Of a stretch of DNA of 64,000 nt, positions 41,409 to 55,240 are shown piece by piece. The notes under the pieces are model-generated. The model made no database searches and was not told the DNA's origin. It was given only the letters and a program-made list of their open reading frames with translations. The position numbers and the translations under genes are program-made. Positions within the stretch are counted from its first letter, which is position 1; the number at the start of each line of letters is the position of its first letter. The DNA is from the human T2T-CHM13v2.0 reference genome, Homo sapiens: the NCBI RefSeq assembly GCF_009914755.1, contig NC_060938.1, one strand, 5' to 3'.

Positions 41409-42534
41409 GTTACTTTGGTCATTTCTAGCTGATTCTCCAGGAACAATTTAAAAAAGGATTAGTTTTGCTAGTATTTATTGCTGATTTTTTTATTCTCCCT
41501 AAAACAAACCTGCTTTGGCTTACACATAATCATAAAATGTCTTTTATACTTTTATTATAACCAATTTACTACCCCATTTAGCAAAATCTAAATTTGGCCT
41601 AAAATTTTAAAACTTCTCAAATTATAAATAAAGCAAATTTGAAACTGAGTTTTCAATTTTTTAAATCAAAAAATTTGGGGGAGGGGGAGTGGAGGGGTAG
41701 ATTTTATATATATAATAGTGCAGAAATTCAGGGGGAAAATGAAATAACTCAAATTTGACTTGCACTTGGAGAAACACTTTTCTTGAATTTTCTGCTTTTG
41801 GTTGAATACTGATCCTCTTGATCATTGGGAAGAACATTTAGATCTGTGAATATACTCCACATTTTCTCTTTCTTTTGGTCTGTAGTGAAGTCCCTGTCTT
41901 TCACCCAGAATACTCTCCTCTGGCCTGTTTTCTTCAATTATCTTCTCTTGTCCTGTGTCAAGCTTGTTCTTATTTATCTCTTAGATACCCTGTGCATCAA
42001 TACTTTGCCCGTAAGGTCTTCACTGGCTGCCAGGTTTTGGACACCTTTAAATTCTCCATCAAAACACTTGTTCACGGATTGACTTGGCCATTTTCATGCT
42101 GGCCTCCACAGCTAGTATCTAAGTTTGAGAAACCAAGCCCCTTGACCATAGTAGTAACCACTGCATCTCTACCATTTATTGAGCTGAGTCCCTGTAGGTA
42201 GTAAGTGCTCAGCAAATAGCTGATGACAAACAAAGATGTTAATACTTGATTTTCATCTCATTTGAAATGCCAACTATCTTTCATAATAAACACACTTGTG
42301 CTTTCAGTGGACTTTTAACAACTTCCTTTCATGAGAATAGATTCCTCCTGCTTCCATCTTTGAGTCTTAGCTAGATTCACCCGCAAGTGGAATTGAGAAT
42401 AAAGTAGAATTTTTCTTTTTATATTATAATTTCTTTATCCTAGTGTTGCATTTTTTACTACTTCCCAGGACTACTTACTTATCCTACTCTACTTTGCCTT
42501 ACTCCCACATTCATCCCTAACAATGCTGTCTTCT

Positions 42535-42828
<294 letters not shown>

Positions 42829-44432
42829 TCACAAAACTCTTGTGTTTCCTGTATTTCTCAGAGTCTGAATAGAATATTGATTATCTCACCTGTGACCTGC
42901 GTAGTAGCTATCAGGAATTGAGAAAAGGGGAAATATTTTTCGAAGAAAAGCAAGCCAATTATTTCCAATGATGGCTTCCCCATTTCTCAATTCTGGTCCT
43001 CTGACTATTTATTTAACCTCTATAAACTTACTCTCTCTATATAAAATAGGTATAATTAAACATCTTCAATGAGATTGCTGTGAAGATTAAATAGGTATAT
43101 ATGTGAATTATCTATACCAATTCATCTATTATAGTAGATGATTGTTAGATACAATGATTTTTGTTATTAACTCTATCACAAGCTAGAAAAGAATATTACA
43201 TTAATATCACCTGTAAATTTGTATTAAAAAGTACAACAATATATTTTCAAAATTAAGTGGCTGAATAGATTAATTCAGTCAAATAGGGCTTTTGAGAGTC
43301 TTAAAATGAGCTCACATTTATTGACACATACTTTATTCCTTATTTTTTTGACAATATTATATGCTCTTCTTTCAGTAGCACTCTTTCAACATTGTACCCA
43401 TTGCTTATCTAATTTCTACCTTCTAGTTTCCTTCTATTGCCACATAAGAGAGACAGTTGAAAGAATATATTTTTACTTGAAGTTAAAGAGGTTGTAGAAT
43501 AAAATGATATTCCATAACAGCAAACTTGCTGTAAGCACAATACACCAAAGAAGAATTAAATAGGCAGAATTCAATAGTACATTTGAAGGATTCAAACGAG
43601 AATGCATACCATTCTTTACTTCTTGCCTTACAAATGTGGATGAGTATGCTGGCATCATTGGAAGAAGCCTCCAAATCTATTATTTTAATTATGATATAAA
43701 ATATAATTTACTTTTTGCAGAGAAATGGTAAATAAAATGTATTTAATCCTGCAATTATTTATAAAATAAAAATTTTTGTCATATTACTCCTTTTCCAGAA
43801 AATTAACAGTATTACCTAAAGAGCACCTCAGATTTATAATTTTTGAAGAGGTTTTATGTTTTAAATTAATTACTTTTTTGAATATGAAATACATAGATAT
43901 AGAATAATCATCATATATAGATATAGATAGAATAAATATTAAAATAAAAAAAGATTGTTACACTGGATTTAGAAAAATGAACATCTGAACTATAGCATAT
44001 ATTGACATACTTTACATATAATTATACAGAAATGTCAAAAGGAAAAGGAAAAAAAATGTATGTACTACCAAGCAAATAACAACCAAAAGGAAGTTAAGTA
44101 ACTATACTATTCGAAGAATAGTATCAAAGAATGTAGAATTTAATGCAAGATAATCGCTAGGAAACAACTTTTCATAACGATTAAGACATCAATCAATCTA
44201 TGTGCATGCACCTAAGAACATAACTTCAATAAATGTATGAGTTGACAAAACAAAAAGAAGGTAGTAAGAATAATGAAGATATAAATAATATGATTAACAT
44301 ATTTTACCTGAAACTACTATGCTGTAAATCAATAGATTATATATTATTTCAGTTATCCCTAAAACTTTACTAATACTGATCCTACGCTGAGCCATAAAAC
44401 AGTTCTCAAAAAAGCTCCAAAAAATTAAAAAT

Positions 44433-44862
44433 AGCCAGGTGCAGTGGCTCACACCTGTAAACCTAGAACTTTGGGAGGCCCAGGCAGGAGGATCACTTGA
44501 GTCCAGGGGTTCGAGATCAGCCTGAGCAACATAGGGAGACCCCCCATTTCTACAAAAACTACAAGAAATTAGCCAGGTGTGATGGATCATGCCTGTAGTC
44601 CCAGCTACACAGGAGGCTGAGGTGGGAGGATCACCTAAGCCCAGGAGTTCAAGGCTACAGTGAGTTGTGATTGTGCCACTGCACAGCAGCCTGAGTGACA
44701 GAGTGAGACCCTGTCTCGAAAGAAAGAGAAAGGAAAGAAAGAGAAAAAGAGAGAGAAAGAAATAAAAGAAAGAAAGAAAGGAAAGAAAGAAAGAGAAAGA
44801 GAGAAAGAGAAAGGGAGGAGGGGAGGAAGGGAGGAAGGAAGGGAGGAAGGGAGGAAGGGAAG
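44433..44862 (+). mobile_element. AluJ with a (GAAA)n/(GGAA)n purine tail
   Basis: Alu 44433-44720 followed by a purine repeat. Confidence 0.93.
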
Positions 44863-45032
44863 GTAATTTAGAACATCTCTGACCACGAAGGAATTAAACT
44901 AGAACTCAGTAAAACAAGACAAATAGAAAGCATTTCAGATATCTTGAAATTACACAGTACACATCTATATAACACCTGGGACAAAAGGAAATTAGAAAAT
45001 ATTAAATTGAATAACAATGAAAATGCAACTAA

Positions 45033-45449
<417 letters not shown>

Positions 45450-45486
45450 TGAAAATAGAGTAGCAAACTAAACCCAAAAATGAGAG

Positions 45487-45932
45487 TGTATTAGTTTCCT
45501 AGCACTGCCGTAACAAATCACTACAAACTGGGTAGTTTAAAACAACAGTTGCATTCTCTCACAATTCAGGAGGCCAGAAGTCCAAAATCAAAGTGCTGGC
45601 AGAATTTGTCCCCTTCTGGGGGTTCGGAAGGAGAATCTTTTTCATGCTGTCTTTCCTCTGGCTTCTGGTAGTTGCTGTCATTTTGCAGTTACATTAATTC
45701 TAATCTCCCTCTATCATCACACGACTGTCCTCCCTCTGTGACTGTCTCTGGGTCTTTCCTCCTCCTCTTAGTAGTACACCTGCCATTTTGGATTAAGAAC
45801 CCACTCTACTCCAGTATGTGTCATCTTAAGTCTAATTACATCCACAAAGGACCTATAAGCAAATAAGGTCCTATTCACAAGTACCAGATATATAAACATC
45901 TCTTCTTGGAAAACACAAATCAACACCAAACA
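45487..45932 (-). mobile_element. MLT1 (C/D-like) solo LTR
   Basis: tgtattagtttcctagcactgccgtaacaaat...ggaggccagaagtccaaaatcaa; TSD gagag/gagaa. Confidence 0.8.
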
Positions 45933-46056
45933 GAGAAAAAAGCACAACAGAAAAGTATCAAAGTCAAAGTTTGGTTTTAAAAAGAAAATAAATAAGTAAA
46001 ATAGAAATATACAACTCTAAAAATGCTCAGAAACCTCTGGCAGGGCTGATAAAGAA

Positions 46057-46063
46057 ACACGCA

Positions 46064-46104
<41 letters not shown>
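46057..46104. repeat. (CA)n microsatellite
   Basis: Seen directly. Confidence 0.9.
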
Positions 46105-46106
<2 letters not shown>

Positions 46107-46524
46107 AAGGTTGGAAATACCCTTTATTTCCTAAGCAGATATTAATTTCCCTTCATACTCTATTTTAATTTGTATATATTGAATTTTTGTTGATTAGTGT
46201 TAATTCATATACATTATATATAATAAATATGAAAAACAAAAATGAGATGACTGTGATGTAATTGAACAAACACTTGTTAAAAAATACAAGATAAATGATT
46301 CAAGCCTCAGATCTATGATTTGTGAACTCCGAACACAAGACAATCAGTGAAACTCTAGGAATTTATTTTTTCTCATCTGTGGACTGTGAAGAGAGAGACA
46401 TAGTTACCATTATATTGTGTTGGTTTTAATGGCAAATATAAATCAAAGCATTTTACAAATTCAAATGGTAGCAAATATAAACTTAATGTGATAACAGAAA
46501 ACATACTATAAATTTACAATTTAA

Positions 46525-46816
46525 GGCCAGGTGTGGTGGCTCTTGCCTGCAATACCAGCACTTTGAGAGGTGGAGGTAGGGGGAGTATCACTTACGCCCA
46601 GGAGTTTGAGAACAGCCTGGGCAACATGGTGAAACCTTGTTTCTACAAAAAAAAAAAAAAAAAAAAAACTAAAAAAAAAATAACCAGGCCTTTAGTCCTG
46701 GCTACTTGGGAGTCTGAGGTGGGAGGATTGCTTGAGACTGGGAGGTCCAGGCTGCAGTGAGCTGAGCTGCGATCAGGCCACTGCACTGTAGCCTGGGTGA
46801 AAAAAAAAAAGAAACA
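46525..46816 (+). mobile_element. AluJ with an expanded central A-linker and deletions
   Basis: TSD aaa(t/a)ttacaattta on both sides. Confidence 0.9.
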
Positions 46817-47162
46817 AAAATTACAATTTACCCTCAGTAATTTAAATACTGTGTAAATTATACATGGTTCTAAAAACCTCCATCTTAGAGGTTTTTATTT
46901 TACTACCAATAAGTTGGTAGTAAAGTTACTCCCTCACTTTTAACCTTGATTTCTAGAAATTCTGTCAAAATGCATATTATCAGATTTTAATTTCGTATTT
47001 CTGAATAATGTTATTTCTATTAATTTGGTCTTTGGTTTTCTGATTCTGTTAGTTCACTTAGGATAATGGCCTCCAGCTACGTCCATGTTGTTCCAAAGTG
47101 TGTCTGGAATTGGTGGGCTCCTGGTCTCACTGACTTCAAGAATGAAGCCTCAGACCCTCGCA

Positions 47163-47555
47163 GTGAGTGTTACAGCTCTTAAGTTGGCGCGTCTGCAGTT
47201 TATTCCTTCTGATGTTCGGATGCGTTCGGAGTTTCTTCCTTCTGGTGGGTTCGTGGTCTGGCTGGCTCAGGAGTGAAGCTGCAGACCTTCGCGGTGAGTG
47301 TTACAGCTCTTAAGTTGGCGCGTCTGCAGTTTGTTCCTTCTGATGTTCGGATGCGTTCGGAGTTTCTTCCTTCTGGTGGGTTCGTGGTCTGGCTGGCTCA
47401 GGAGTGAAGCTGCAGACCTTCGCGGTGAGTGTTACAGCTCTTAAGTTGGCGCGTCTGCAGTTTGTTCCTTCTGATGTTCGGATGCGTTCGGAGTTTCTTC
47501 CTTCTGGTGGGTTCGCGGTCTCGCTGGCTCAGGAGTGAAGCTGCAGACCTTTGCT
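47163..47555. repeat. 3 x 131-bp tandem repeat in LTR12C U5
   Basis: Units start at 47163, 47294 and 47425; a related 102-bp unit starts at 47556. Confidence 0.93.
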
Positions 47556-47789
47556 GTGAGTGTTACAGCTCTTATGGCAGCGCGTCTGGAGTTGTTCGTT
47601 CCTCCCGGTGGGCTTGTGGTCTCGCTGGTTTCAGGAGTGAAGCTGTAGACCTTCACGGTGAGTGTTACAGCTCATAAAAGCAGTGTGGACCCAAAGAGTG
47701 AGCAGTAGCAAGATTTATTGCAAAGAGCGAAAGAACAAAGCTTCCACAGTGTGGAAGGGGACCCTAGCGGGTTGCCACTGCTGGCTCGG

Positions 47790-48260
47790 ACAGCCTGCTT
47801 TTATTGTCTTATCTGGCCCCACCCACATCCTGCTGATTGGTAGAGCCGAGGGGTCTGTTTTGACAGGGGGCTGATTGGTGCGTTTACAATCCCTGAGCTA
47901 GACACAAAGGTTCTCCACGTCCCCACCAGATTAGCTAGATACAGAGTGTGGACACAAAGGTTCTCCAAGGCCCCACCAGAATAGCTAGATACAGAGTGTC
48001 GATTGTGCATTCACAAACCCTGAGCTAGACACAGGGTGCTGATTGGTGTGTTTACAAACCTTGAGCTAGATAGAGTGGCGATTGGTGTTATTTACAGTCC
48101 CTGAGCTAGACATAAACGTTCTCCAAGGTCCCACCAGAGTAGCTAGATACAGAGTGTCGATTGGTGCATTCACAGACCCTGAGCTAGACACAGGGTGCTG
48201 GTTGGTGTATTTAAAATCCCTGAGCTAGACATAAAGGTTCTCCACATCCCCACCAGACTC
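47790..48260 (-). promoter_or_regulatory. LTR12C U3 enhancer/promoter repeats
   Basis: Five intact CCAAT boxes (attgg at 47836, 47874, 48042, 48081, 48160); GATAAG and an AATAAA TATA-like box near 47800-47815. Confidence 0.75.
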
Positions 48261-50986
48261 AGGAGCCCAGCTGGCTTCACCCAGTGGATCCCACACCGGG
48301 GCTGCGGGTGGAGCTACCTGCCAGTCCCGAGGCCGTGCGCCCGCACTCCTCAGCCCTTGGGTGGTCAATGGGACTGGGCGCCGTGCAGCAGGGGGCGGCG
48401 CTCATCAGGGAGGCTCTGGCAGCACAGGGGCCCACGGAGGGGGTGGGAGGCTCAGGCATGGCGGGCTGCAGGTCCTGAGCCCTGCCCCAAGGGAAGGCAG
48501 CTAAGGCCGGGTGAGAAATTGAACACAGCGCCGGTGGGCTGGCACTGCTGGGGGACCCAGTACACCCTCCGCAGCCGCTGGCCTGGGTGCTAAGCCCCTC
48601 ATTGCCTGGGGCCGGCAGGGCCAACTGGCTGCTCCCAGTGCGGGCCCGCCAAGCCCACACCCACCCAGAACTCCAGCTGGCCCGCAAGCGCAGTGCGCAG
48701 CCCGGGTTCCCGCTTGCGCCTCTCCTTCCACACCTCCCTGCAAGCTGAGGGAGCCGGCTCTGGCCTTGGGCAGCCCAGAAAGGGGCTCCCACAGTGCAGC
48801 GGTGGGCTGAAGGGCTCCTCAAGTGCCGCCAAAGTGGGAGCCCAGGCAGAGGAGGCACCGAGAGCGAGCGAGGTCTGTGAGGACTGCCAGCACGCTGTCA
48901 CCTCTCAAAAGGACCTGATTTCATTCTTTTCTGTGTCTGCATAATATTTTATGGTGTACGTGCAACACATTTTCTTTATCCAATCTATCATTGATGGGCA
49001 CTGGGGTTAATTCCATGTTTCTTTTATTGTTATACAAATAGTACTTCTCTACGTATTTTTTAAAAAATACATCCGTATTTTATGTGTGTTTAAAAAACAG
49101 CTATGTATACTTTTAAACCAATATCGTGTTGGTTAAAAAAAAAGATGTGTTTGATGTCTTCTACTTCTATTTTTTCTCTCTTCATTTTATTTCATTTTTG
49201 GCTTTAAAACTAAATCATAACATGTTGGTGCTATAATATTTGATTCGTTAAGCTTTTCATGGTGGATTATGCATTCATGGTGGATTATGGATTATGAAAC
49301 AGAAAAAAATTCTCTTTGTTTGTTTGTTTAATGATTTCTGCCTTGATTTCTACTTTGTATGAAATTATTCTTACCACGACCCTTACCTTGCTTGCTTTTG
49401 CCTCTTATGACTTTGACCATTCTTTTTATTATTTATTTTAAATTTTTGTGGGTACAAAGTAGATTAATATATTTATAGGGTACATGAGATATTTTTAAAC
49501 AGGCATACAATGCATAATAATCACATCAAGGTAAATGGGGTATCCATCACTTCAAGCATTTATCCCTTCTTTGTGTTACAAACAATCCAATTATACTCTT
49601 AGTTTTTTTAAAAGAAACAACAAATTTTTGTTGACTGTAGTTATCCTGTTGTGCTACCAAATACTGTATCTTGTTCATTCTGTTTAACTATATTTTTTAG
49701 CTCTTTAACCATTCCCACTCCCCACTCCTCATTACACCTCCCAGCCTCTGCAGAAGTTCAGTTGTTTTAATGTTTTAGCTCCCATAAATGCGAACATTGC
49801 CTTTCTGTGCCTGTCTTATTACACTTAACATAATGTCTTCCTGTTCCGTCCATGTTGTTGCAAATGACAGGATCTTATTCTTTTTTGTGGCTGAATAGTA
49901 CTCCATTGTGTATATGTATCACATTTTCTTTGTTCATTCGTCTGCTGAGGGACGTGTAGATTGATTCAAAATCTTGGCTATTGCGAATAGTGCTGCAAAA
50001 ACATGGAAGTGCAGATATCTATTTGATATATTGATTTTCTTTCTTTTGGATATATGCCTAGCAGTTCGATTGCTGGATCATATGGTAGCTCCATTTTTAG
50101 TTTTTAAAGAAACCTCCAAACTATTCTCCATAATAGTTGTACTAGTTTACATTACCACCAACAATGTAGGAAAGTCCTTTTGTCCACATCCTCACCAGCA
50201 TTCCTTATTGCTTGTCTTTTGGATACAAGCCATTTTAACTGGGGTAAGATGACATCTCATTGTAGTTTTGATTTGCATTTCTCTGATGATCACTTTTTAT
50301 GCACTTTTTATATATCTCTTTGCCATTTGTATGTCTACTTTTGAGAAATGTCTGTTCAGATCTCTTGTCTATTTTTTAATCAGATCATTTAATTTTTTTC
50401 CTATTGAGTTGTTTACATTCCTTGTATATTCTGGTTATTAATCCCTTGTCACATGGGTAATTTGCTCATACTTTGCCCATCCTGCAGATTGTCTCTTCAC
50501 TTTACTGATTGTTTCCTTTGCTGCACAGAAGCTTTTTAACTGGATGTGACCCAATTTCTCCTTTTTTGTTCTGGTTGACTGTGCTTTTGGAGTATTAGCC
50601 AAGAAATCTTTGCCCAGTCCATTGTCCTTGAGAATTTCCCCAGTTTTCTTTTAGTAATTTTATAGTTTGAGGTCTTAGATTTAGGTCTTTAATCCACTTT
50701 GATTGGATTTTTGTGTATGGTAAGAGACAACAGTCTAGTTTCATTCCTCTGCTTATGAATATCCAATTTTCCCAGCACCATGTATTAAAGAGACTATCTT
50801 TTCCCGAATATATTTTCTTGCCACTTTTGTGAAAAATGAGTTCAATGTAGGTGTATGGGTTTATTTCTGGGTTCTCTGCTTTGTTCTATTGATCTAGGTG
50901 TCTGCTTTTTATACCAGTGCCGTGCTGCTTGGGTTACTATAGTTCAGTAGTATAATTTGAACCCAGGTAACATGATTCTTCTAGTT

Positions 50987-51463
50987 TTATACATTTTGTT
51001 TTAGATAACTTTTGCTATTCTGAGTCTTTTGTGGTTCCATATAAATTTTAGAATTGTTTTTTTCTATTTCTGTGAAGACTGTTATTGGTATTTTGATAAA
51101 TATTGCATTGAATCTGTACATTGTTTTGGATATCATAAATATGTTGACAATATTGATTCTTCTGATCCATGAACATGAAATATCTTTCCATCTTTTGATG
51201 TCCTCTTCAGTTTTTTGCATTAATATTTTATAGTTATCATTGTAGAGATCTTTAACTTCTTTGGTTAAACTTATTCCCAGGTATTTTATTTTATTTGTGG
51301 CTATTACAAATGAGATTGCTTTCTTAATTTCTTTTTCTGGTTGTTCGCAGTTGGCATATATAAATGCTACTGATTTTCGTATGTTTCTTTTGTATACTGC
51401 AACTTTAATGAATTTGTTTACCAGTTCTAACAGTGTTTTGGTGGAGTCTTTATATTTTTCCAA
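50987..51463 (-). pseudogene. L1 ORF2 reverse-transcriptase remnant
   Basis: IKYLGISLTKEVKDLYNDNYK...KRWKDISCSWIRRINIV. Confidence 0.9.
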
Positions 51464-53924
51464 ATATAATATTACATCATCCCCAAGTTGATATATGATA
51501 TGATATGATATATGATATGATCAGCTTGTAGATAATATGATCTTATATTTGGAAAAATATAAGAAAAAGTTTTTTAAGGATTATATATTTTTAAAAGTAT
51601 ACTTGAGGATTATATTTGAAAAAAACAGTGGGTTTTTTTTTCTTTATTATGAAGACATGTTGAATTTTATCAGATTTTTTTTAGGATCAGTTGAAATGAT
51701 CATTTTTTTTTTTCATTTATTCTGTTGATATGATGTATTAAACTGATTGATTTGCACATGTTGAATTATTCTTCCATCCCTGGTCATCTCACTGGTCATG
51801 ACAAATGATCTTTTTACTGTGCAGTTTTGTCACATGGTATTTTGTTGAAGATTTTCACATTCATGTTCCTCATGGATATTGGCCTGTAGTTCTCTTTTTT
51901 TTTCTGATGTGTCTTGTTCTAGTTTTAGTATTAGAGTAATACTGGTTTCATAGAATGAGTATGGAAGTATACCTTCCACCATTATTTTTGGAAATAGTTT
52001 GAGTAGGATCGGTATTAGTTCTTCTTTAAATGTTGGGAAAATTCAGCAATGAAATCATCATATCCTAGGCTTTTCTTTATTGGTAGAATTTTTACTACAG
52101 CTTTGATCTCATTGTTTGTTATTGGTCTGTTAAGGTTTTGTATTTCTTCATGGTTCAATCTTGGTAGGTTGTATGTGTCTAGACATTTATCCATTTCTTG
52201 TAGGTTTTGAAATTTATTTGCATAGAATTGCTCATACTAGCTTCTAATAATATATTAAATTTCTGTAATATTGGATGTAATGTCTGCTTTTCCATTTCAG
52301 ATTTTATTTACTTGGGTCTTCTCTCTTTTTCTCTTCATCCTGTTAATGATCTATAAATTGTATTTATCTTTTTCTGAAAAACCAGTTTTTCACTTTGTTG
52401 ATCTTTTCTATTTCTCTTTTTTGTTTAAATTTCATTTATTTCTGCTCTGATCTGTATTATTTCTTTTTTTTTTACTAATTTTGGGTTTGGTTTGCTCTTG
52501 CTTTTTTAGTTCTTTAAGATGCATTATTAGGTTGTATATTTGAAGTCTTTCTACTTTTTTGATGTAGGTGCATATTTCTATAAACTTTCCTCTTTGTACT
52601 GCTTTTGATGTGTGTCACAGTTTTTGGTATGTTGGGTTACAATTTTTGTATGTTTCAAAAAATTTTTTTAATTTTTCTTCTTAATTTCTTCATTGACCCT
52701 CTGGTCATTCAGGAGCATACTGTTGAATTTCCATGTGTTTGTACAGTTTTCAAAGTTCCTCTTCTTATTGATTTCTAGTTTTATTTCATTGTATTCAGAG
52801 AAGATACTTGATATGATTTCAATTATTTAGAATTTTTTAAGACTTATTTTGTGGTCTGTGATATGGTCTGTCTTTGGGAATGATCTATGTGCTGAGGAGA
52901 AGAATGTGTATTATGCAACCACTGGATGAAATGTTCTGTAAATATCAATTAGGTCCATTTGGTCTACAGTACTGATTAAGTTAGATGTTTCTTTGTTGAC
53001 TTTCTGCCTGTATGATTTAGCCAATGCTGAAAGTGAGGTGTTGAAGGTTCTAGCTATTATTGTAATGGGGTCTCTCTCTTGTTTTCTAATAGTATTTGCA
53101 TTATATATCCGGATACACCAGTGTTGTATGCATATATATTCATGAGTATTATATCGTCTTGCTGAATTGACTGTTTTATCATTATTTAATGACCTTCTTT
53201 ATCTTTTTTATAGTTTTTGTCTTGAAGTCTACTTTGTCTGATACAAGTAAAGCTACTCCTGCTCTTTTTTGGTTTCCATTTGCATGAAACATCTTTTTCT
53301 ATTATTTTATTTTCAGTCTATTTGTATCTTTATAGATGAAGTGTGGTTCCTGCAGCAACAGAGCATGGGGTCTTATTTTTTGTCCTCTTTGTCGTTTGAT
53401 TGGAGAGTTTAGTTCATTTACATTCAATGTTATTATTGAAAAGGACTTACTCCCACCATGTTGTTGTTTGTTTTCTGGTTGTCTTTTGGTCTTTTCTTTC
53501 TTTCCTTCTTGTCTTCCTTTTAATGAAGATTTAGGTGGTATTATTTTATTTCTTGCATTTTATTTTTTGTGTGTCTGTTGTATGTTTTTTTCATTTAATG
53601 TTACCATGAAGCTTGCAAATAATATAACCCATTATTTTTGACTGACAACAACTGATTACAAAAACAAACAAGGAAAAAGAAAACTAATAAAAATTCTACA
53701 CTTTAACTTCATTTCTCCCATTTTTAAACTTTTTGTTGTTTTTATTTATACCTTATTATACTATTTCTTGAAAAGATGTTACAGTTATTACTTATGACAG
53801 GTCCATCTTTCAGGTTTTTACTTAAAATGTTAGTGGTTACACACTACAAGTATAGTGTTATAATATTCTGTAATCCTCTGTTTACTTACTATTACCAATA
53901 AGTTTTGTACTTTCAGATGATTTC

Positions 53925-54302
53925 TTACTGCTCATTAATATCATTTCTTTCAGATTCAAGAACTCCTTGTAACATTTCTTGTAGGACAGGTGTGGTGTTG
54001 AAATAGTTCAGCTTTTGTTTATCTGGGAAAGTTTTTATTTTCCCTTGATGTTTAAAGGATATTTTTCTCGGATGTACTAGTCTTGGATAAATGTTTTCTT
54101 GAAGTACTTTGAATATGTTATGCCACTCTCTCCTTGCCTGTAAAGTTTCCACTGAGAAGTCAGCTGCCATACTTTGTAACAAAACATATTTTGTAACATA
54201 ACATAGTTTGTTTTTGTTATTTTCCCTTGCTACTTTTAGAATCCTTTTTTTTTCTTTTTTTTTTTTTTTTTCGTCCTTGACTTTTGGGAGTTTGATTATC
54301 AA
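53925..54302 (-). pseudogene. L1 ORF1 C-terminal remnant
   Basis: ADFSVETLQARREWHNIFKVLQE...ISFKHQGKIKTFPDKQKL. Confidence 0.9.
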
Positions 54303-55209
54303 ATACCCTCAGGTAGTCTTCTTTGAGTTAAATCTGCTTGGTGTTCTATAACCTTATTGTACATGAATATTGATATCTTTCTCTAGGTCTGGGAAGCTCT
54401 CTGTTATTATCCCTTTGAATAAACCTTCTACCTCAATCTCTTTTTCTCTATTTTATCTTTAAGAAAACTGTTAGATTTGTCTTTTTGAGACTATTTTCCA
54501 TATCTTGTAGGCATACCTCATTCTTCTCTATTTTTTTTTCTTTTGTCTCCTCTGACTATGTATTTTTAGTAGCCTGTCTCCAAACTCAGTAATACTGTCT
54601 TCTGCTGGATCAGTTCTGCTAAGAGACTCTGTTGCATTCTTCAGTATGTTAATTGCATTTTCAGGTCTAGATTTTTTTCTTGATGCTCTTTAATTATTTC
54701 AATTTCTTTGTTAAATTTATCTGATAGGATTCTTAACTCCTTTTCTGTGTTATATTGATTTAGTTGAGCTTCCTCAATACAGTTATTTTGAATACTCTGA
54801 AAGTTCAAATATCTCTGTCTTTCTGGGATTGGTCACTGGTACATTATTTAGTTCATTTGGTTGAGGTTATGTTTTCCAGGAGGGCCTTGATGTTTATGGA
54901 TGTGTATCAGTGTCTGGGTATTGAAGACTTAGGTATTTCTTGCAGTCTTGCAGTCTCAGTTTGTTTGTACCCATCCTTCTTGGGAAGGTTTTCCAGGTAT
55001 TTGAAGGGACTTGGGTGTGTGATTTAAGTCTTTGGTGACTGCAGCTGTATCTGCTTTAGGGGGCACCTTAGGAGCAGTAATGCTTTGTGGCTAGTGCAGA
55101 TTTGTGGGGGTACTGCCTTGGTGGTCTTGGGTAAAATCTGGGAGAATTCCCTGGATTACCAGGCTGAGATTCTTGTTCTCTTTCCTTACTTTCCTCTAGA
55201 TAAATAGAA

Positions 55210-55240
<31 letters not shown>

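Larger units (their letters stand above)
47099..48907 (-). mobile_element. LTR12C solo LTR (ERV9)
   Basis: Minus strand TGAGAGGTGACAGCGTGCTGGCAGTCC ... CCAATTCCAGACACA; perfect TSD aaag (47095-98 / 48908-11). Confidence 0.96.
47025..49030 (-). mobile_element. Short L1PB-like 3' fragment split by LTR12C
   Basis: 'ttaggataatggcctccagctacgtccatgttgttccaaag' continues as 'gacctgatttcattctttt' after the LTR. Confidence 0.75.

Noticed and set aside
47163-48260. Regularly spaced repeats that could be mistaken for a CRISPR array
   Set aside because: These are ERV9 LTR tandem units in eukaryotic DNA, with no unique spacers or cas genes.
48195-48944. GC-rich overlapping ORFs up to 193 aa and an apparent CpG island
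   Set aside because: They lie within the LTR12C U3; GC-rich DNA simply has few stop codons.
49256-49296. 18-bp-period micro-duplication ttcatggtggattatg; similar ones at ~2890 and ~13332
   Set aside because: Ordinary slippage events with no functional indication.
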